Positions 17,555 to 35,000 are shown, numbered from the stretch's first letter. The stretch is DNA of 64,000 bases from the human T2T-CHM13v2.0 reference genome, Homo sapiens (GCF_009914755.1 NC_060947.1), one strand, 5' to 3'. Program-made: numbers and translations. The notes: generated by a model from the letters alone, not told the origin.

Positions 17555-18570
17555 GCTGTGAAGTTGTATATCAATATCACTTTCTGGTTCCCCTTAGAAC
17601 CCTCAGGAGTTTCTCTTTTCTGTTAATTAAAATTTCACAGTCACTTTTAATCTATTATCATTATTCTGCAGAGTGAACTGTTTGAATAGAGAATCAATTA
17701 AAAGCATAGCACAGTAAAACGTGGGGATGTTTTGCAACTTGGGCATATGAAAAGTAGTGAATAAGAATCATTTTCAACCTATGATATGAAAGAAGGGAGA
17801 TCCTGGGGGCATCCATAGTCAAACACTTGGTTGTACACTTGGAGATGTTTTTTCAAGCCTTGGATTATTACTAACAGTAAACAAGAAATTCACTAACTAG
17901 AGAAAGCAGATATGAGTACGTACAGACTATCAGATCACAAACAGCAGTTAGTAAGGTGATCTAACTAAAAGCTGTAGATGGTGTCTCTTTGAACTAATGC
18001 TACTTTGAGCGGTCTAAAAGCATGATTGCTACATGATGCTTTAAGAAATCTGCCTAGTACCTGACAGCATATTGTTCATACTAGTATCTGTAGCTGTAAA
18101 TTTAGATTTTAATAATTGTTTGGTACATATTAATATATAATTTTAAGATAAAAAGGAAATTGATTTTATAGGTTATATCCTATATCTTTGGCTTAAAATA
18201 TATTGTAGAAAATAATGTATCCCATCAAATTCCATGGTAAATTAGTGAGTCACAGCGAAAGTTAGAAACACTGGCCTACAACTTTTAATGATTAATTACT
18301 TGGCCATGAATAAGCCATACATTATTTAGATGTATATTTAATTTTAAAGAAATCTGCATTTTAATATTTCTGAATATGTCATTAGTTATTAAGAAGATTA
18401 CTATAAAAAGCAGTATTCAAAAATATATTTTACAGTTTACTTTAGTTTTTAGTGAACATTAGAATGATAGCATGGCCATGTTGTTTATCACTGAAGCACC
18501 TAGGAGAGTTAGCAAATGTTAATCCTGCTAGTGTCATCAAGACTAAACAAATTATAAAGACTAAATATCC

Positions 18571-18837
18571 TTTTTTTTTTTTTTTTTTGAGATGGAGTCT
18601 CACTCTGTCTCTGAGGCTGGAGTGCAGTGGCACGATTTTGGCTTACTCCTACCTCAGCCTCCCAAGTAGCTGGGCTTACAGGCACGCAACATCACCCCTA
18701 GATAATTTTTGTATTTTTAGTAGAGATGGGGTTTCGCCATGTTGGCCAGGCTGGTCTCGAACTCCTGACCTCAGGTGATCCACCCACTTTGGCCTCCTAA
18801 AGTGCTGGGATTATAGGCGTGAGCCAACATGCCTGGC
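18571..18837 (-). mobile_element. Alu (AluS-like) with ~30-bp internal deletion in the right arm
   Basis: Alu motifs; 'gcttact|cctacctcagc' skips the usual gcaacctcc...gattct segment; TSD aagactaaatat/aagattaaatat. Confidence 0.93.
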
Positions 18838-20145
18838 AAGATTAAATATACTTTTAAAAAATTATATTTTTTTCTATTGACTTAGAAATCACTCTACATT
18901 AATGACATAGTCAAAGAGATTTTACTTTTGTTCTCTTGTAAATAAAATACCAGATTAAAGGTATGCTTAATGTGATAAAGTAAAGCCAAAATCCAAACCA
19001 GAAAATCTAGAGTCATAAAGTTAAAGCCACAATTATATCTTATTCTCTTACCTACTCATTTCTTTTTCCCCACTACTGAGAGGATAGAGTCACATAGTAC
19101 AAATCAGCAGAAGTCCTCATTATTATATTCTTGCTTAGGCAAGAATTCATGATTGCTTCTTTGTCCTTATCCCTTTTCCACCACTCAAGATCCATACAAT
19201 AGAAGAAATAGAGAATCATTTAATAAAGTTGTCTTCCATTCAACTCTGAAGAAAATATCAACAGAGAAATGGAAGTCTTTTCCATGCACTCATAGGTAAA
19301 GTTTTGAGATCAGCTTGAAAGGAGGTAGCTCAATTGGAAATTACATAAAAAATTCCAGGAAAGATGGGTTGTGAGACTATCTCAGAAGAGAAAATCTAGG
19401 GTTTGTTTGTTTGTTTGTTTGAAGATATTGTAGATTGTATTGAACCTCTCAGGTGTCAGGTCCTGATGAAATTGTAGGCTCACAAAATTTTGCAGATAGG
19501 AAAGTTCTTGGTGCTGAGAGACTTGAGATGAGCAAGTACATAATGCAGAATTTGCTAAGCTAAATGAACAGGGCTGATTGAATTTGTCCTTAGCTAAGTT
19601 TCTTTATTTTGTAATGTGGTGGTCACATTGCAGAGCCGCAGAGCCTAGGATCTCATGATGCTTCTAGGCCTGTGTTTTTGGCAACTAAATTGTGATACAT
19701 CTGGGATAGCTTTGGTAAAAAGTGTGTGCAGCCCATCTGGGGTCTTCCAGCCATAGAATTCCTCTACTGTCATGTAAGAAGTCTGTTTATATGATTTAGA
19801 AGCAGGTAATACAGGTTGACTAAATTGGAAGTGGAGCTGGGCAGTGTTTGTAACCCAGAAAATATCTTGGTACCTATAAGTGTCAGGAGATTTTTCTCCT
19901 TTTATTTAATTGGTGGGAAATGATATTTTTGAGATAAGGGGTTTAAGTTCAAGTAAGAGATGAGTTATTGGTTGACAAGCTTTTGGATCATTTAGGCTAC
20001 TTGTAATCACAACCAGTTCATCAGGAAAAGACCACCAGGCCAGAAGAGGCTTTCATGACAGCATTTACACAGAGAAGCATCAATCAATGTCAAGCCTTTC
20101 AGCAGAAACTGGAACTTCATGGTGCAGCAGTTCATCTTCGCATGG

Positions 20146-20256
20146 GCCGGGAGGTTGAACATCCTGCATAGTGCTGCCAGGAAATCCCTATTTCATATAA
20201 GAGGGGGCTGGCTGGTTGCATATGTAGGATGTCCCATCTCCCAGCCCACTTCGTCA
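20146..20256 (+). ncRNA. MIR448: pre-miR-448 hairpin; mature miR-448 (3p) at 20216-20237
   Basis: ttgcatatgtaggatgtcccat matches the mature miR-448 sequence as I know it. The 5' arm gaacatcctgcatagtgc (20157-20174) pairs with it. miR-448 is an established HTR2C intronic miRNA. Confidence 0.96.
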
Positions 20257-22715
20257 TGACAGACACCAGAAACACCACTCTGCTTCACTGAAGAACAATA
20301 AAATCTGCGTGTCATGGAAACACAGATGCTAGAGCTGCATCACTAGAAAGGCATTCTGACAAATGTATTTAGAGGAGGGTAGAGTACTGACTGCTATGAC
20401 CTTGGCTCATAAGAGGCAGTGGGTATGTGAGTGGATCTTTAAGCTCAGGGCCAGTAGATCTGCATTAAACCATATTAGCAACAACACTGGCCACACAGAT
20501 AATGCCTCCAGAATTGTGCCACCTACTCTCAGAGCTACACCGAATTAGGGAGATTCAATAGTTGGGCATATTTATTTAGGCTAGCCAGAGCCAAATACCT
20601 AGAGGTAGAGAGAATCTAATTCTTAATTATAGAAAAAAACAAAGATTATATCCTGAAAAGCAGCCTAGAATTTCAAGTCTGAGGGTCAAGGTAAGATAGT
20701 AAATTAAAAAATATGTCTCAAAGTCAGAAGAAGGATATTTGGGAGGAGTATTCCAGAGAAGAACTAACAATTCTAAATTGAGCAGAAACAGTCTATTACA
20801 CTTTGAGGCAAGAATCAAGTTACAAGGAAGTAGGTGTGATTGCAAAGGGAGAAAGTTAGCGGCATGTCCCTACAAATATTTCAGAGATATAATTTCTGTC
20901 AGCTGCAGTATCCAATCATATCCAGGGAATTCTGTCAAAAGCAAGGTGATAGGAAATATCGAGAGCAGGGCCCAGCTCTTAAAAACATAGGGCAGGATTA
21001 AAAGTAATGCAAAATCCAGCCAATCCTAGCGGCCCTTCTACTTCTGGATTGGTACAGGAAGGATATAATCTCAGAATAGAAATAAGCCATTTAAATGGAA
21101 TATATTTAGCTTTATAAATAATTGGCTGTTATACATAATTTTCCATTTTCACTTTAGACTGCTGAAATTTCACTATGGATCTTTATATGAAAATGACTAA
21201 TCTGTAGGAGATGCTACTGGCAGAGAATCAATTATGTCAACAGCACAAACTTGAGTTGTATCCTGGGATGCTATCGAGTTTTCCACTGACTTTAAATTAG
21301 GGTCAAGTTAAACAGGCCATCTCCAAAGACTTTGGGGTTCTAAAAAATGTTGATTTGCTATGCATTCGAATCTGGGATGAGTTTCTAGTCAACCATCCTG
21401 GCTTTGGCATTCTTCACAGTGGATGGTAAGTGGGCCAATCTTAGGCTGAAAAACAGGCTGATTTAGGGTTTGGGATTTAGAGCATTTATATCTCTTTATT
21501 TTCCTCAGCAGCACAGACTCTCCATTGGAATTAGGGGCTTAGTGAATAGTTCAAAAAACGTATGGTTTCATATACAAGGACCCCAAAGTTCCATGCAAAT
21601 GTATGAGCATACTGTTATGTATAATACCCATGTAATTTCTGTAGAGTCTATAGAGATATCACCTCTTTGATCACTGATAATTGATAATGTGTGGCTTCTA
21701 CCTTTAATTCTTAGTCGATCTGTTGAGAGGTTTATCAGTTTTATTGATCTATTCCCAATAAAGTGCAGCATTTTATTTCATTGAATTCTCAATATTATAG
21801 TATTGCCTAAATTTTATTGATTTCTGCTTTTATATTTATTTATTTCTTCTGGTACTTGGATTTCATTTTTCCTTTTTTGCCTAGCACTTTAATTTTGGAA
21901 GCTTAGATCATGGATTTGAGTTTTCTTTTCTAAAATAAACCATTAACGTTAGAAAATTCCCTTTGAGTACTACTTTAGCACCATCAGACAAATTTTAGTA
22001 CGTTTTGTTTTCATTTTAATTTACTTCAAATTATTTTTTAACTTCATTTGCCTTTTCCTTTTGAAACATGAATTATTTAGAATTGTGTTATTTAATTTGC
22101 AAATATTTGAACATTTTCAAGATATCTGTTTTATTTGTTTTCAGGTTAATTCTGTTATACTCAGACAACACACGTTGTTTGATTGCAACCATTTTAATTT
22201 CTTCAGGTATATTTTATGAGCCAGAATATGGTCTTTCCTGGTCAATTTTCCATAGTTCTTGAAAAGAATGTGTACTTTCCTGTTGTCAGGTGGTATGTTT
22301 TATCAATGTCAATTAGGTCAAGTTTGTTGGTAATGCTGTTCAGTTCTTTTACCTCAGTGATAATTTTCTGTATGCTTTTCTGTCAATTAACTGAGGAAGG
22401 GGTGTTGAAATCTTGAAGTGTAATTGTAATTCTACTTTTGATTTCTTCTTTCTGCTCTACCATTGTTGTGCTTCATGAATTTTGAAGCCCTGTTATTATA
22501 TTTTAAATGTTATTATATTTTAAATGTATTATAAACGTTTAGGACTGTTATATTCCCTCGATGAATTGACACCTTTATCATTATAAAATGGTCTGTGTTA
22601 CCTCTGGTGATATCCGATGATCTGCAATTTACTTTATCTGTTATTAATATAAAAATTCTAGCATTTGTTTAATTAGTGTTTGCACAGTATATCTTTTATC
22701 CATACTTTTATTATA

Positions 22716-23353
22716 CAGGTTGAGCATCTCTAGTCCCAAAATCTGAAATCTGAAATAATCCAAAATCAAAAACTTTTTTTTTTTTTTTGAGACAGGGTTT
22801 TTCTTTGTTGCCCAGTCTGGAGGGCCATGGCACAATCATGCAGCCTCAAACTCCTAGGCTCAGGTGATCCTCCTGCCTCAGCCTCCTGAGTAGCTGGGAC
22901 CACAGGTGTATGCCACGATGCCGGGCTAAGTTTTTAAAGTATTTGTAGAGACAGGATCTCCCTATGTTTCCCAGGCTGGTCTCCTGGGTTCAAGTGATCC
23001 TCCCACCTCAGCCTCCCAAAGTGCTGAGATTACAGGCATGAGCCACCATGACCAGCCAAAATACAAAGCTTTTTGAACATCTATATGGTGCCACAAGTAG
23101 AAAATTTCTCAGCTGACCTCATGTGACTGGTCACAGTCAAAATGCCATCAAAACTTTGTTTCATGCACAAAATTATTTGCAATATTGCATAAAATTAACT
23201 TCAGGCCAAAAAATAAATGAATTTCACGTGTAGACTTGAGTTCCATCCCCAACATGTCTTATTATGTATATGCAAATATTCCAAAATATCAAAATGTCCA
23301 AAATCTGAGACTCTTCTAATCCCAGGCATTTCAGATAAAGGATGCTCAGCTTG
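22716..23353. mobile_element. Tigger4b/Zombi-like Tc1-mariner MITE containing an Alu
   Basis: TA-flanked TIRs caggttgagcatc... / ...gatgctcagcttg. Confidence 0.8.
22774..23057 (-). mobile_element. Alu (AluJ-like)
   Basis: Diverged Alu motifs; degenerate TSD caaaatcaaaaacttt/caaaatacaaagcttt. Confidence 0.92.
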
Positions 23354-23746
23354 TACAACTATCTATATTATTAAATTTAAATTTGTAGAGTTTCTTATAG
23401 ACAGCATATAATTGTGTCTTGTTTATTTTTATTCTCAATTTTAATCCAAAATCGCTATCTCTTTCCTTGAATTGGTGTGTTTATACCATTTAGATTTAAT
23501 GCAATTATTGATTTGTTTGGACTTATGTCTACCGTGTTTTGTTTTCTATTTATCCCTTGTCTTTTCCACTCTTTTATTTCCTATAGGAATGGGAAACATT
23601 CTTTTGTTTCCTAATTCTGATTTATTATGTTTTTTTCTTTTTATTTGAGTATTTCAATTTTATTGATCTATTGGCTTTTTTACTATATTTCTTTGTACAG
23701 TTTTTTTGTTTGTTAAGTGACAATGCTCTGAATTAAAATATACCTG

Positions 23747-23982
23747 TATATTATAAGTATCCCTTATCCAAAATTCTTGGGACCACAATGCTTTGGATTT
23801 TGAATTTTATTAGATTTTGGAATATTTTCATTATAGTTAACAGTTCAGCATCCCTAATCCAAAATTCCAAAATCCAAACTGCTCCAATGAGTATTTCCCT
23901 TAAGCATTATCTCAGTGCTCAAAAAGTTTAGATTTTGGAGAATTTGGGATTTCAGGTTTTCAGATTAGAAATATTCAACCTA
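23747..23982. mobile_element. Tigger4a/Zombi-like MITE
   Basis: 'agtatcccttatccaaaattcttgggacca...tttcagattagaaatattcaacct'; related to the 22716 element. Confidence 0.7.
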
Positions 23983-25249
23983 TATATACATATTTTTTCC
24001 AAGTTTCTTACCCTTAATATTTTATCACATCAAGTGAAAGATAAAACCATATATGCTCCTTTATCCTCCTTTTTTTGGTCTTAGTTGTAATATGGATTAC
24101 ATCTACATGCATTGAGAACCTTATCAGACAATGTTACAAAATTTTTGCTTCTGAGAATCATATGTATTTTAAAGACTTAAGAAAAATTATTATATTTTCT
24201 AAGATATTTACCGTTTCTGTTGTTCTTCCTTTGTTCCTGATGTTTTCCTTTAGTGTAATTTTCCTTTAGTGTAATTTCCTTTAGTGTTTTCCTTTAGTGT
24301 AATTTCCTTCTGCCTGAAAAACATCCTTTAACATTTTTAGACCAAGTCTCCTAGTTTAGAGAGACTTGTTTTAGAGCAATGAGTTCCTAGTTTCCCTTCA
24401 CCTGAGAATCTCTTTATTTCACATTCATTTGTGAAATATATTTCCACTGGATATGGAATTTTGAATTGATAGCTCCTTTCTTTCAGGCTTTTAAATTTGT
24501 GGTTACACTACCTTCTGGTTTTCATGGTTTCTGATGCAAAATCTGAAGATATGCAACTTTCAATGTTTTTGTCTTTATCTTTTATTTTGACCAGTTTGAT
24601 TATGATGATCTAGGTATGATTTTTTTTTTGGTTTAAACATTTGAGTTTTACAGAACTTCTTAAATCTGTAAATTTTTTCCCCCCAAATGCGGCATGTTTT
24701 GGACCATTATTTCTTCAAATAGTATTTCTTCATCAATTTTTCTCCTCTCCTTATAAAATTCCAATGATACAAATGTTAAACATATAGTTATTGTCCCACA
24801 GATCCCCACTATGTTCATTTATTTTTAATTTTTTCACACTGTTGTTCAGATTATATAATTTATATGGATCTAACTTTAGTTTTCATGACTCTTTATCTGT
24901 CATCTCTACTCTTCTATTGAGTCCATTCAATGATCTTTTTTCAAATATTGTATTTTTTGAGCTCCAAGCTTTCAGTTGGTTCTTTTTAATAAATTATACT
25001 CATTATTTGAGAACTCCTACCTTTCTATTCATTTCAAGAGAGGCCGCCTTCCTTCACTGAGCATGATTAGGGTAGCTGCCTTGAAGTCTTTGTCTACAAA
25101 TTCCAACATTTGCGTTATCGAAGGGTTGCTGTCTTTGATTCTCTTTTTCCTTAAGAATTTTTGAGATTTTTCTAATTCTGTGTATATTTGGATAAAACAT
25201 TTTGTATCTTTGACACTTTGAATATTATGTCTTGAGATCTGGATCCTTT

Positions 25250-26800
25250 ATTATTGAGATAAAATTCATATAACAAAATTAACAATTAACCATTTAAAAG
25301 TATACAATTCTGTGGTATTTAGTACATTCACAATGATGTCCAACCGTCATCTCTATCCAGTACCAAGATATTTTATCACTACTTCCAAAAAAATTCCATA
25401 TCCATTAAGTAGCTTTTCTACATTGCCCCATTCCTCAGCCTCTGGAAAACACTAGTCTCCTATCTGTCTTTAAGGATTTACCTATTCTGAATATTTCGTA
25501 TAAATAAAGTCATACAATATGTGATCTTTTGCATCTGGCTTCTTTCACTTAGCATGATGCTTTCAAAGTTCAACCATAATGTGCCATGTATTTGTAATTC
25601 ACTCTTTTTATGGTTGAATAATACTCCATTATCTGAATATAGTACATTCTGTTTATTCATCTGTCAGTTGATAGATATTTGGGTTGTTTCCTCCTTTTGG
25701 CTATAGTGAAAAGTACCACTATAAAGAGTCATGTCAAATACTTGCTTGAGTATCTATAAATAGAATTGCTAGGTCATATGGTAATTCCGTGTTTGGCTTT
25801 TAAAGGAACTAACAAGCTGTTTTCCACAGTGACGGCACCGTTTCACTTTATCACCAACAATGTATGAGGTTTCCAATTTTTTCTCCACATCCTCACCAAG
25901 ACTTGACATTTCTCATTTTGTTTTTGGTTTTGTGTTTACGGTCAACCTGGTGGGAGTGAAGTGGTTTCTCATGGTGGTTTTCATTTATATTTCTCTAATG
26001 ACTAATGATGCTGAGCATATTTTCATATGCTTGTTGGCCATTTGTATATCTCATTTGGAGAAATGTCTATTCAAGTTCCTTACCCATTTTTTATTTGCAA
26101 ATATTTTCTTGCATTCTGTGGGCTGTTTTTACACTCTTCTGATAGCACTCTGATGCAGAAAAAATTTTTAATTTAATGATGTCCAATTTTTCTATCTTTT
26201 CTGCTAATGCTACTGGTGTCATATCTAAGAAACCATTGCCAAATCCAAGGTCACTAAGATTTACCCCTGTGTCCTTTTCTAAGTGTTTTGTACCTTTGGT
26301 TTTTATATCTGGATCTTTGGACCATTTTGAGTTAAATTTTGTGTATGTTGTGAGGTGAGGGTTCAACTTCAATCTTTTGCACGTGATATCTACATGCAAT
26401 TTTCCCAGCATTATTTGTTGAAGGGACTGTTGTTTTCCATTGGAAGGTATTGTCACAAGTGTAAAACTCAGCTGACTGCAGATAAATAGGTTTATTTCTG
26501 GCCTCTCAATCCTATTCTATTAATCTATGTCTATCCTTATACTTGTACCACATTGTTTGATTATAATAGCTTTCCAGTGAATCTTGAAATTGGGAATTCT
26601 GAGTCCTAAAATTTTTTTCTCCTTTTCAAGATTGTTTTGGCTATTCGAGATCCCTTAAGATTAAATATTTATTTTAGGATTAGCATTTCCATTTCTGCCA
26701 ACAAACACATTAGGGTTTTGATAGGGATTGCATTAAATCTGTAGGTCACTTTGAAAAGTATTGCCATTTTAACAATATTAAATGTTCCAATCCATGAACA
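25250..26800 (-). mobile_element. L1MB-type LINE-1 3' portion
   Basis: 'ttattgagataaaattcatataac...aaagtatacaattctgtggtatttagtacattcacaatg' L1MB 3' end; ORF2-like ORF at 26091-26456 (-). Confidence 0.82.
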
Positions 26801-27606
26801 TGGCCTAACTTTCAAAATTTTAGTTGCCTGCAGAGCTCCTGGTGTATAGTGGTGTTGCCACTATAGATGGGCAATTTAATGATCGATGCTTGCCTCCTTT
26901 TATGCCAGGATAGAAAAAGTGAAGCAAAGAAATCTCTCTGTTTTATGCCTGTCCTCTTGTCCCCTGGGAAGACAGTATTTTTCTTGGAGGTTTCTTTCTG
27001 CACATCCACTACACAGTTTGAAGATTTCGGGCCGTACTAAAATCTAAGCCAGGAGGTAAGGGAAGTGGGAAGGGAAAGGAAAATAATTCTTTTATTGGTC
27101 ATTGTTTAACTTTTATTGTCTTGCCCAATTAGTCTGCTGTTATTTATTTTTCACATACCTCAGTTACTTGTTTTGGGTATATGTGCACAGGTTTTAGTTG
27201 TAATCTATAGGAGAGATAGGATGAAATGTGCTTACTTCAGTTTTGCCAGACCTGAAAGACTTTTAATTGGTAACTTTTTATTTTTTTATTTATTTATTTT
27301 TTTTAGTTTCTTTATATTTTATTTTATTTTTTTTAAGAGTTAAAGAGATAAACTTTATTTTATTTTTTTATGGAGAGTGCTGTTTTTTGTTTTTTTTATT
27401 ATTATACTTTAAGTTTTAGTGTACATGTGCACATTGTGCAGGTTAGTTACATATGTATACATGTGCCATGCTGGTGCGCTGCACCCACTAACTCATCATC
27501 TAGCATTAGGTATATCTCCCAATGCTATCCCTCCCCCCTCCCCCCCACCCCACAACAGTCCCCAGAGTGTGATATTCCCCTTCCTGTGTCCATGTGATCT
27601 CATTGT

Positions 27607-31438
<3,832 letters not shown>

Positions 31439-31501
31439 TATGATGTTAGCTGGGTATTTTGCTCGTTAGTTGATGCAGTTTCTTCCTAGTCTCGATGGTC
31501 T

Positions 31502-32518
31502 TTACATTTTGGCATGATTTTGCAGCGGCTGGTACCAGTTGTTCCTTTCCATGTTTAGCGCTTCCTTCAGGAGCTCTTTTAGGGCAGGACTGGTGGTGAC
31601 AAAATCTCTCAGCATTTGCTTGTCTGTAAAGTATTTTATTTCTCCTTCACTTATGAAGCTTAATTTGGCTGGATATGAAATTCTGGGTTGAAAATTCTTT
31701 TCTTTAAGAATGTTGAATATTGGCCCTCACTCTCTTCTGGCTTGTAGGGTTTCTGCCGAGAGATCCGCTGTTAGTCTGATGGGCTTCCCTTTGAGGATAA
31801 CCCGACCTTTCTCTCTGGCTGCCCTTAACATTTTTTCCTTCATTTCAACTTTGGTGAATCTGACAATTATGTGTCTTGGAGTTGCTCTTCTCGAGGAGTA
31901 TCTTTGTGGCATTCTCTGTATTTCCTGAATCTGAACGTTGGCCTGCCTTGCTAGATTGGGGAAGTTCTCCTGGATAATATCCTGCAGAGTGTTTTCCAAC
32001 TTGGTTCCATTCTCCCCATCACTTTCAGGTACACCAATCAGACCTAGATTTGGTCTTTTCACATAGTCCCATATTTCTTGGAGGCTTTTTTGGTTTCCTT
32101 TTATTCTTTTTTCTCTAAACTTCCCTTCTCACTTCATTTCATTCATTTCATCTTCCATTGCTGATACCCTTTCTTCCAGTTGATCGCATCGGCTCCTGAG
32201 GCTTCTGCATTCTTCAGGTAGTTCTCGAGCCTTGGTTTTCAGTTCCATCAGCTCCTTTAAGCACTTCCCTGTATTGGTTATTCTAGTTATACATTCTTCT
32301 AAATTTTTTTCAAAGTTTTCAACTTGTTTGCCTTTGGTCTGAATGTCCTCCCGTAGCTCAGAGTAATTTGATCGTCTGAAGCCTTCTTCTCTCAGCTCAT
32401 CAAAGTCATTCTCTATCCAGCTTTGTTCCATTGCTGGTGAGGAACTGCGTTCCTTTTGAGGAGGAGAGGCGCTCTGCTTTTTAGAGTTTCCAGTTTTTCT
32501 GTTCTGTTTTTTCCCCAT
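31502..32518 (-). pseudogene. L1 ORF1 (RNA-binding protein) with nonsense codons
   Basis: MGKKQNRK start; 1017-nt span equals the canonical 338 codons + stop; premature TGA at 32129-32131 and 31727-31729. Confidence 0.95.
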
Positions 32519-33426
32519 CTTTGTGGTTTTATCTACTTTTGGTCTTTGATGATGGTGATGTACAGATGGGTTTTTGGTGTGGATGTCCTTTCTGTCTGTT
32601 AGTTTTCCTTCTAACAGACAGGACCCTCAGCTGCAGGTCTGTTGGAATACCCTGCCGTGTGAGGTGTCAGTGTGCCCCTGCTGGGGGGTGCCTCCCAGTT
32701 AGGCTGCTCGGGGGTCAGGGGTCAGGGACCCACTTGAGGAGGCAGTCTGCCCGTTCTCAGATCTCCAGCTGCGTGCTGTGAGAACCACTGCTCTCTTCAA
32801 AGCTGTCAGACAGGGACATTTAAGTCTGCAGAGGTTACTGCTATCTTTTTGTTTGTCTGTGCCCTGCCCCCGGAGGTGGAGCCTACAGAGGCAGGCAGGC
32901 CTCCTTGAGCTGTGGTGGGCTCCACCCAGTTCGAGCTTCCTGGCTGCTTTGTTTACCTAATCAAGCCTGGGCAATGGCGGGCGCCCCTCCCCCAGCCTCG
33001 CTGCCGCCTTGCAGTTTGATCTCAGACTGCTGTGCTAGCAATCAGCGAGACTCCGTGGGCGTAGGACCCTCCAAACCAGGTGCGGGATATAATCTGGTGG
33101 TGCGCCGTTTTTTAAGCCGGTCGGAAAAGCGCAGTATTCGGGTGAGAGTGACCCGATTTTCCAGGTGTGTCTGTCACCCCTTTCTTTGACTCAGAAAGGG
33201 AACTCCCTGACCCCTTGCGCTTCCCAAGTGAGGCAATGCCTCGCCCTGCTTCGGCTCGTGCACGGTGCGTGCACCCACTGACCTGCGCCCACTGTCTGTT
33301 ACTCCCTAGTGAGATGAACCCAGTACCTCAGATGGAAATGCAGAAATCACCCGTCTTCTGCATCGCTCAGGCTGGGAGCTGTAGACCAGAGCTGTTCCTA
33401 TTCGGCCATCTTGGCTCCTCCCCCTC
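32519..33426. promoter_or_regulatory. L1 5' UTR: sense promoter (minus strand, YY1 site 33404-33413) and antisense promoter firing in the HTR2C sense direction
   Basis: CpG-rich 5' UTR retained; intact CAAGATGGCC motif. The antisense promoter is an established property of primate L1PA 5' UTRs. Confidence 0.8.
32974..33189 (+). CDS. LINE-1 antisense ORF0, intact 71 aa
   Basis: MAGAPPPASLPPCSLISDCCASNQRDSVGVGPSKPGAGYNLVVRRFLSRSEKRSIRVRVTRFSRCVCHPFL*; good Kozak context gcaATGG; splice donors after CDS nt 106 (33079|GT) and nt 191 (33164|GT). Expression from this copy is not shown by the sequence. Confidence 0.85.
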   Translation: MAGAPPPASLPPCSLISDCCASNQRDSVGVGPSKPGAGYNLVVRRFLSRSEKRSIRVRVTRFSRCVCHPFL

Positions 33427-33439
33427 GGTAACTTTTTAA

Positions 33440-35000
33440 AACATGTCATTTTATCATTGTATGTTGTTTTATGAAAACAAAATTGATTGATTTTTTTCAG
33501 ATATTGACTTTATATACAACAACCTTTCTAAACTCGTTAATGCTCAACATTTATCTGTAAATTTTTTTATGTACACAATCATGTTTTCATTTTTCCTTTT
33601 AAGTCCTGAACATTTTTACTTTCATAACACAGTAATAAGTAACTCTAGTACAATGCACAATGGATGTTGTGATGGTAGACTTTCTTGTTTTTTTCCAACA
33701 TTTAATTATTAAATATTTGAGAGACATACTTTAGTTTAAGAAAGTTAGAATCTTAGTTTGCTGAAATTTATTCAACTTGAACTACGTTGAGTTATATTTA
33801 AAAATGTGTGCCTACATTGACTTACTCACATAATTTTCTCCTTATTTGTTTACTGTGATACATCTTCAAGCTTTATTTTCAAAGTTATACTGGCCTCATG
33901 AAGTATGTTGGGAAATAATCCCCTTATTTATTCAAAGAATCTGTGTATGGTTGATGTTATTTTTTTCTTACATAGTTGATATCACAAGTAAATACATTTG
34001 GATCTACATTGTGCCATCCAAAGAATATAGTATGATATAATATCTCTTTAGATGTAGATTTATATTTTTCCATAAGATTTGGTGGTTATTTTGTTGTTGC
34101 TGTTTAATCTTTCTAATTTTAAATTAAGAGAGTACGTGTGCAGGTTTTGTGATTGTATTTTCATGTAGGACCTGTAATTATCTTGTTAAAGTTTTAATAA
34201 GATTTTTAATGAATTTTGTCACTGTTGCAAATAGACTATTTTCCCTTTTTCTATCTCTGGCACTTGTTCTTGGACTAGTTAAACCTCTAGATTATTTTAT
34301 ATTTATCTTGTATCCAGCCAGACTATTATATTCTCTCAGTAAATCCAGCATAGTTTTTAGAAGAGTCTCAGATTCGCTAGTCCTACAGTCAAAAAAAAAA
34401 AATCACCGATAAACAAGAGATCATTTTATACCTTGTTTTCCAAAGTTATACAAGTTAGTTTATACTCTTATCATAGTGAAAATTAATAACATAATGATGA
34501 GTAATGGGGTAAACTGGCATCTTGTCCAATTTCTAAATTTAATGTAATTGAAATACATTTATTGTATTGCTATTTATAATATTTGTTGTAGGTTCTTAGT
34601 AAGTTATCTTTATCAAAATTAAGGGCACTGCCTTTATCCCTTCATTATTAAAATTTTAATTAGGAATGGCTTCTGTATTTAATCAAATTACTCTTCAATA
34701 TCTATTAAAAGACCAAAAATTTCTTCACAAATGCTAATATCAGGGATTATATTGGTAGATTTCATGATGATAAATCGCCTTTGCATTCCTGGAAGAACTC
34801 TTGTTTTTTCTGATGTGTTATTCTTTTGGTACTTTTTTGGGCTTTATTTGTTAATATTTTATTTTGAACTTTGAATCTATAATAATGAATGCTATTTTCT
34901 CTAGTCTCCTGTTTTAGTGTTTTTCAAGTTTTGCTATTGACACTGTATTGTTTTATAAAATGTGTTGAGGAATTTTTAAACTTTCATGGCTATTCATCTT
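33440..35000 (-). mobile_element. Very old L1ME-like fragments
   Basis: Degenerate ORF2 antisense motifs ('ccttt gcattcctgga', 'tggcctcatgaa'); boundaries approximate. Confidence 0.5.

Larger units (their letters stand above)
21630..25250 (-). mobile_element. Old L1M (MC/ME-like) ORF2/ORF1-region fragments with nested DNA transposons
   Basis: Degenerate L1 antisense motifs, e.g. 'cttgaaaagaatgtgtactttcctgttg', 'ggggtgttgaaatct'. Confidence 0.7.
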
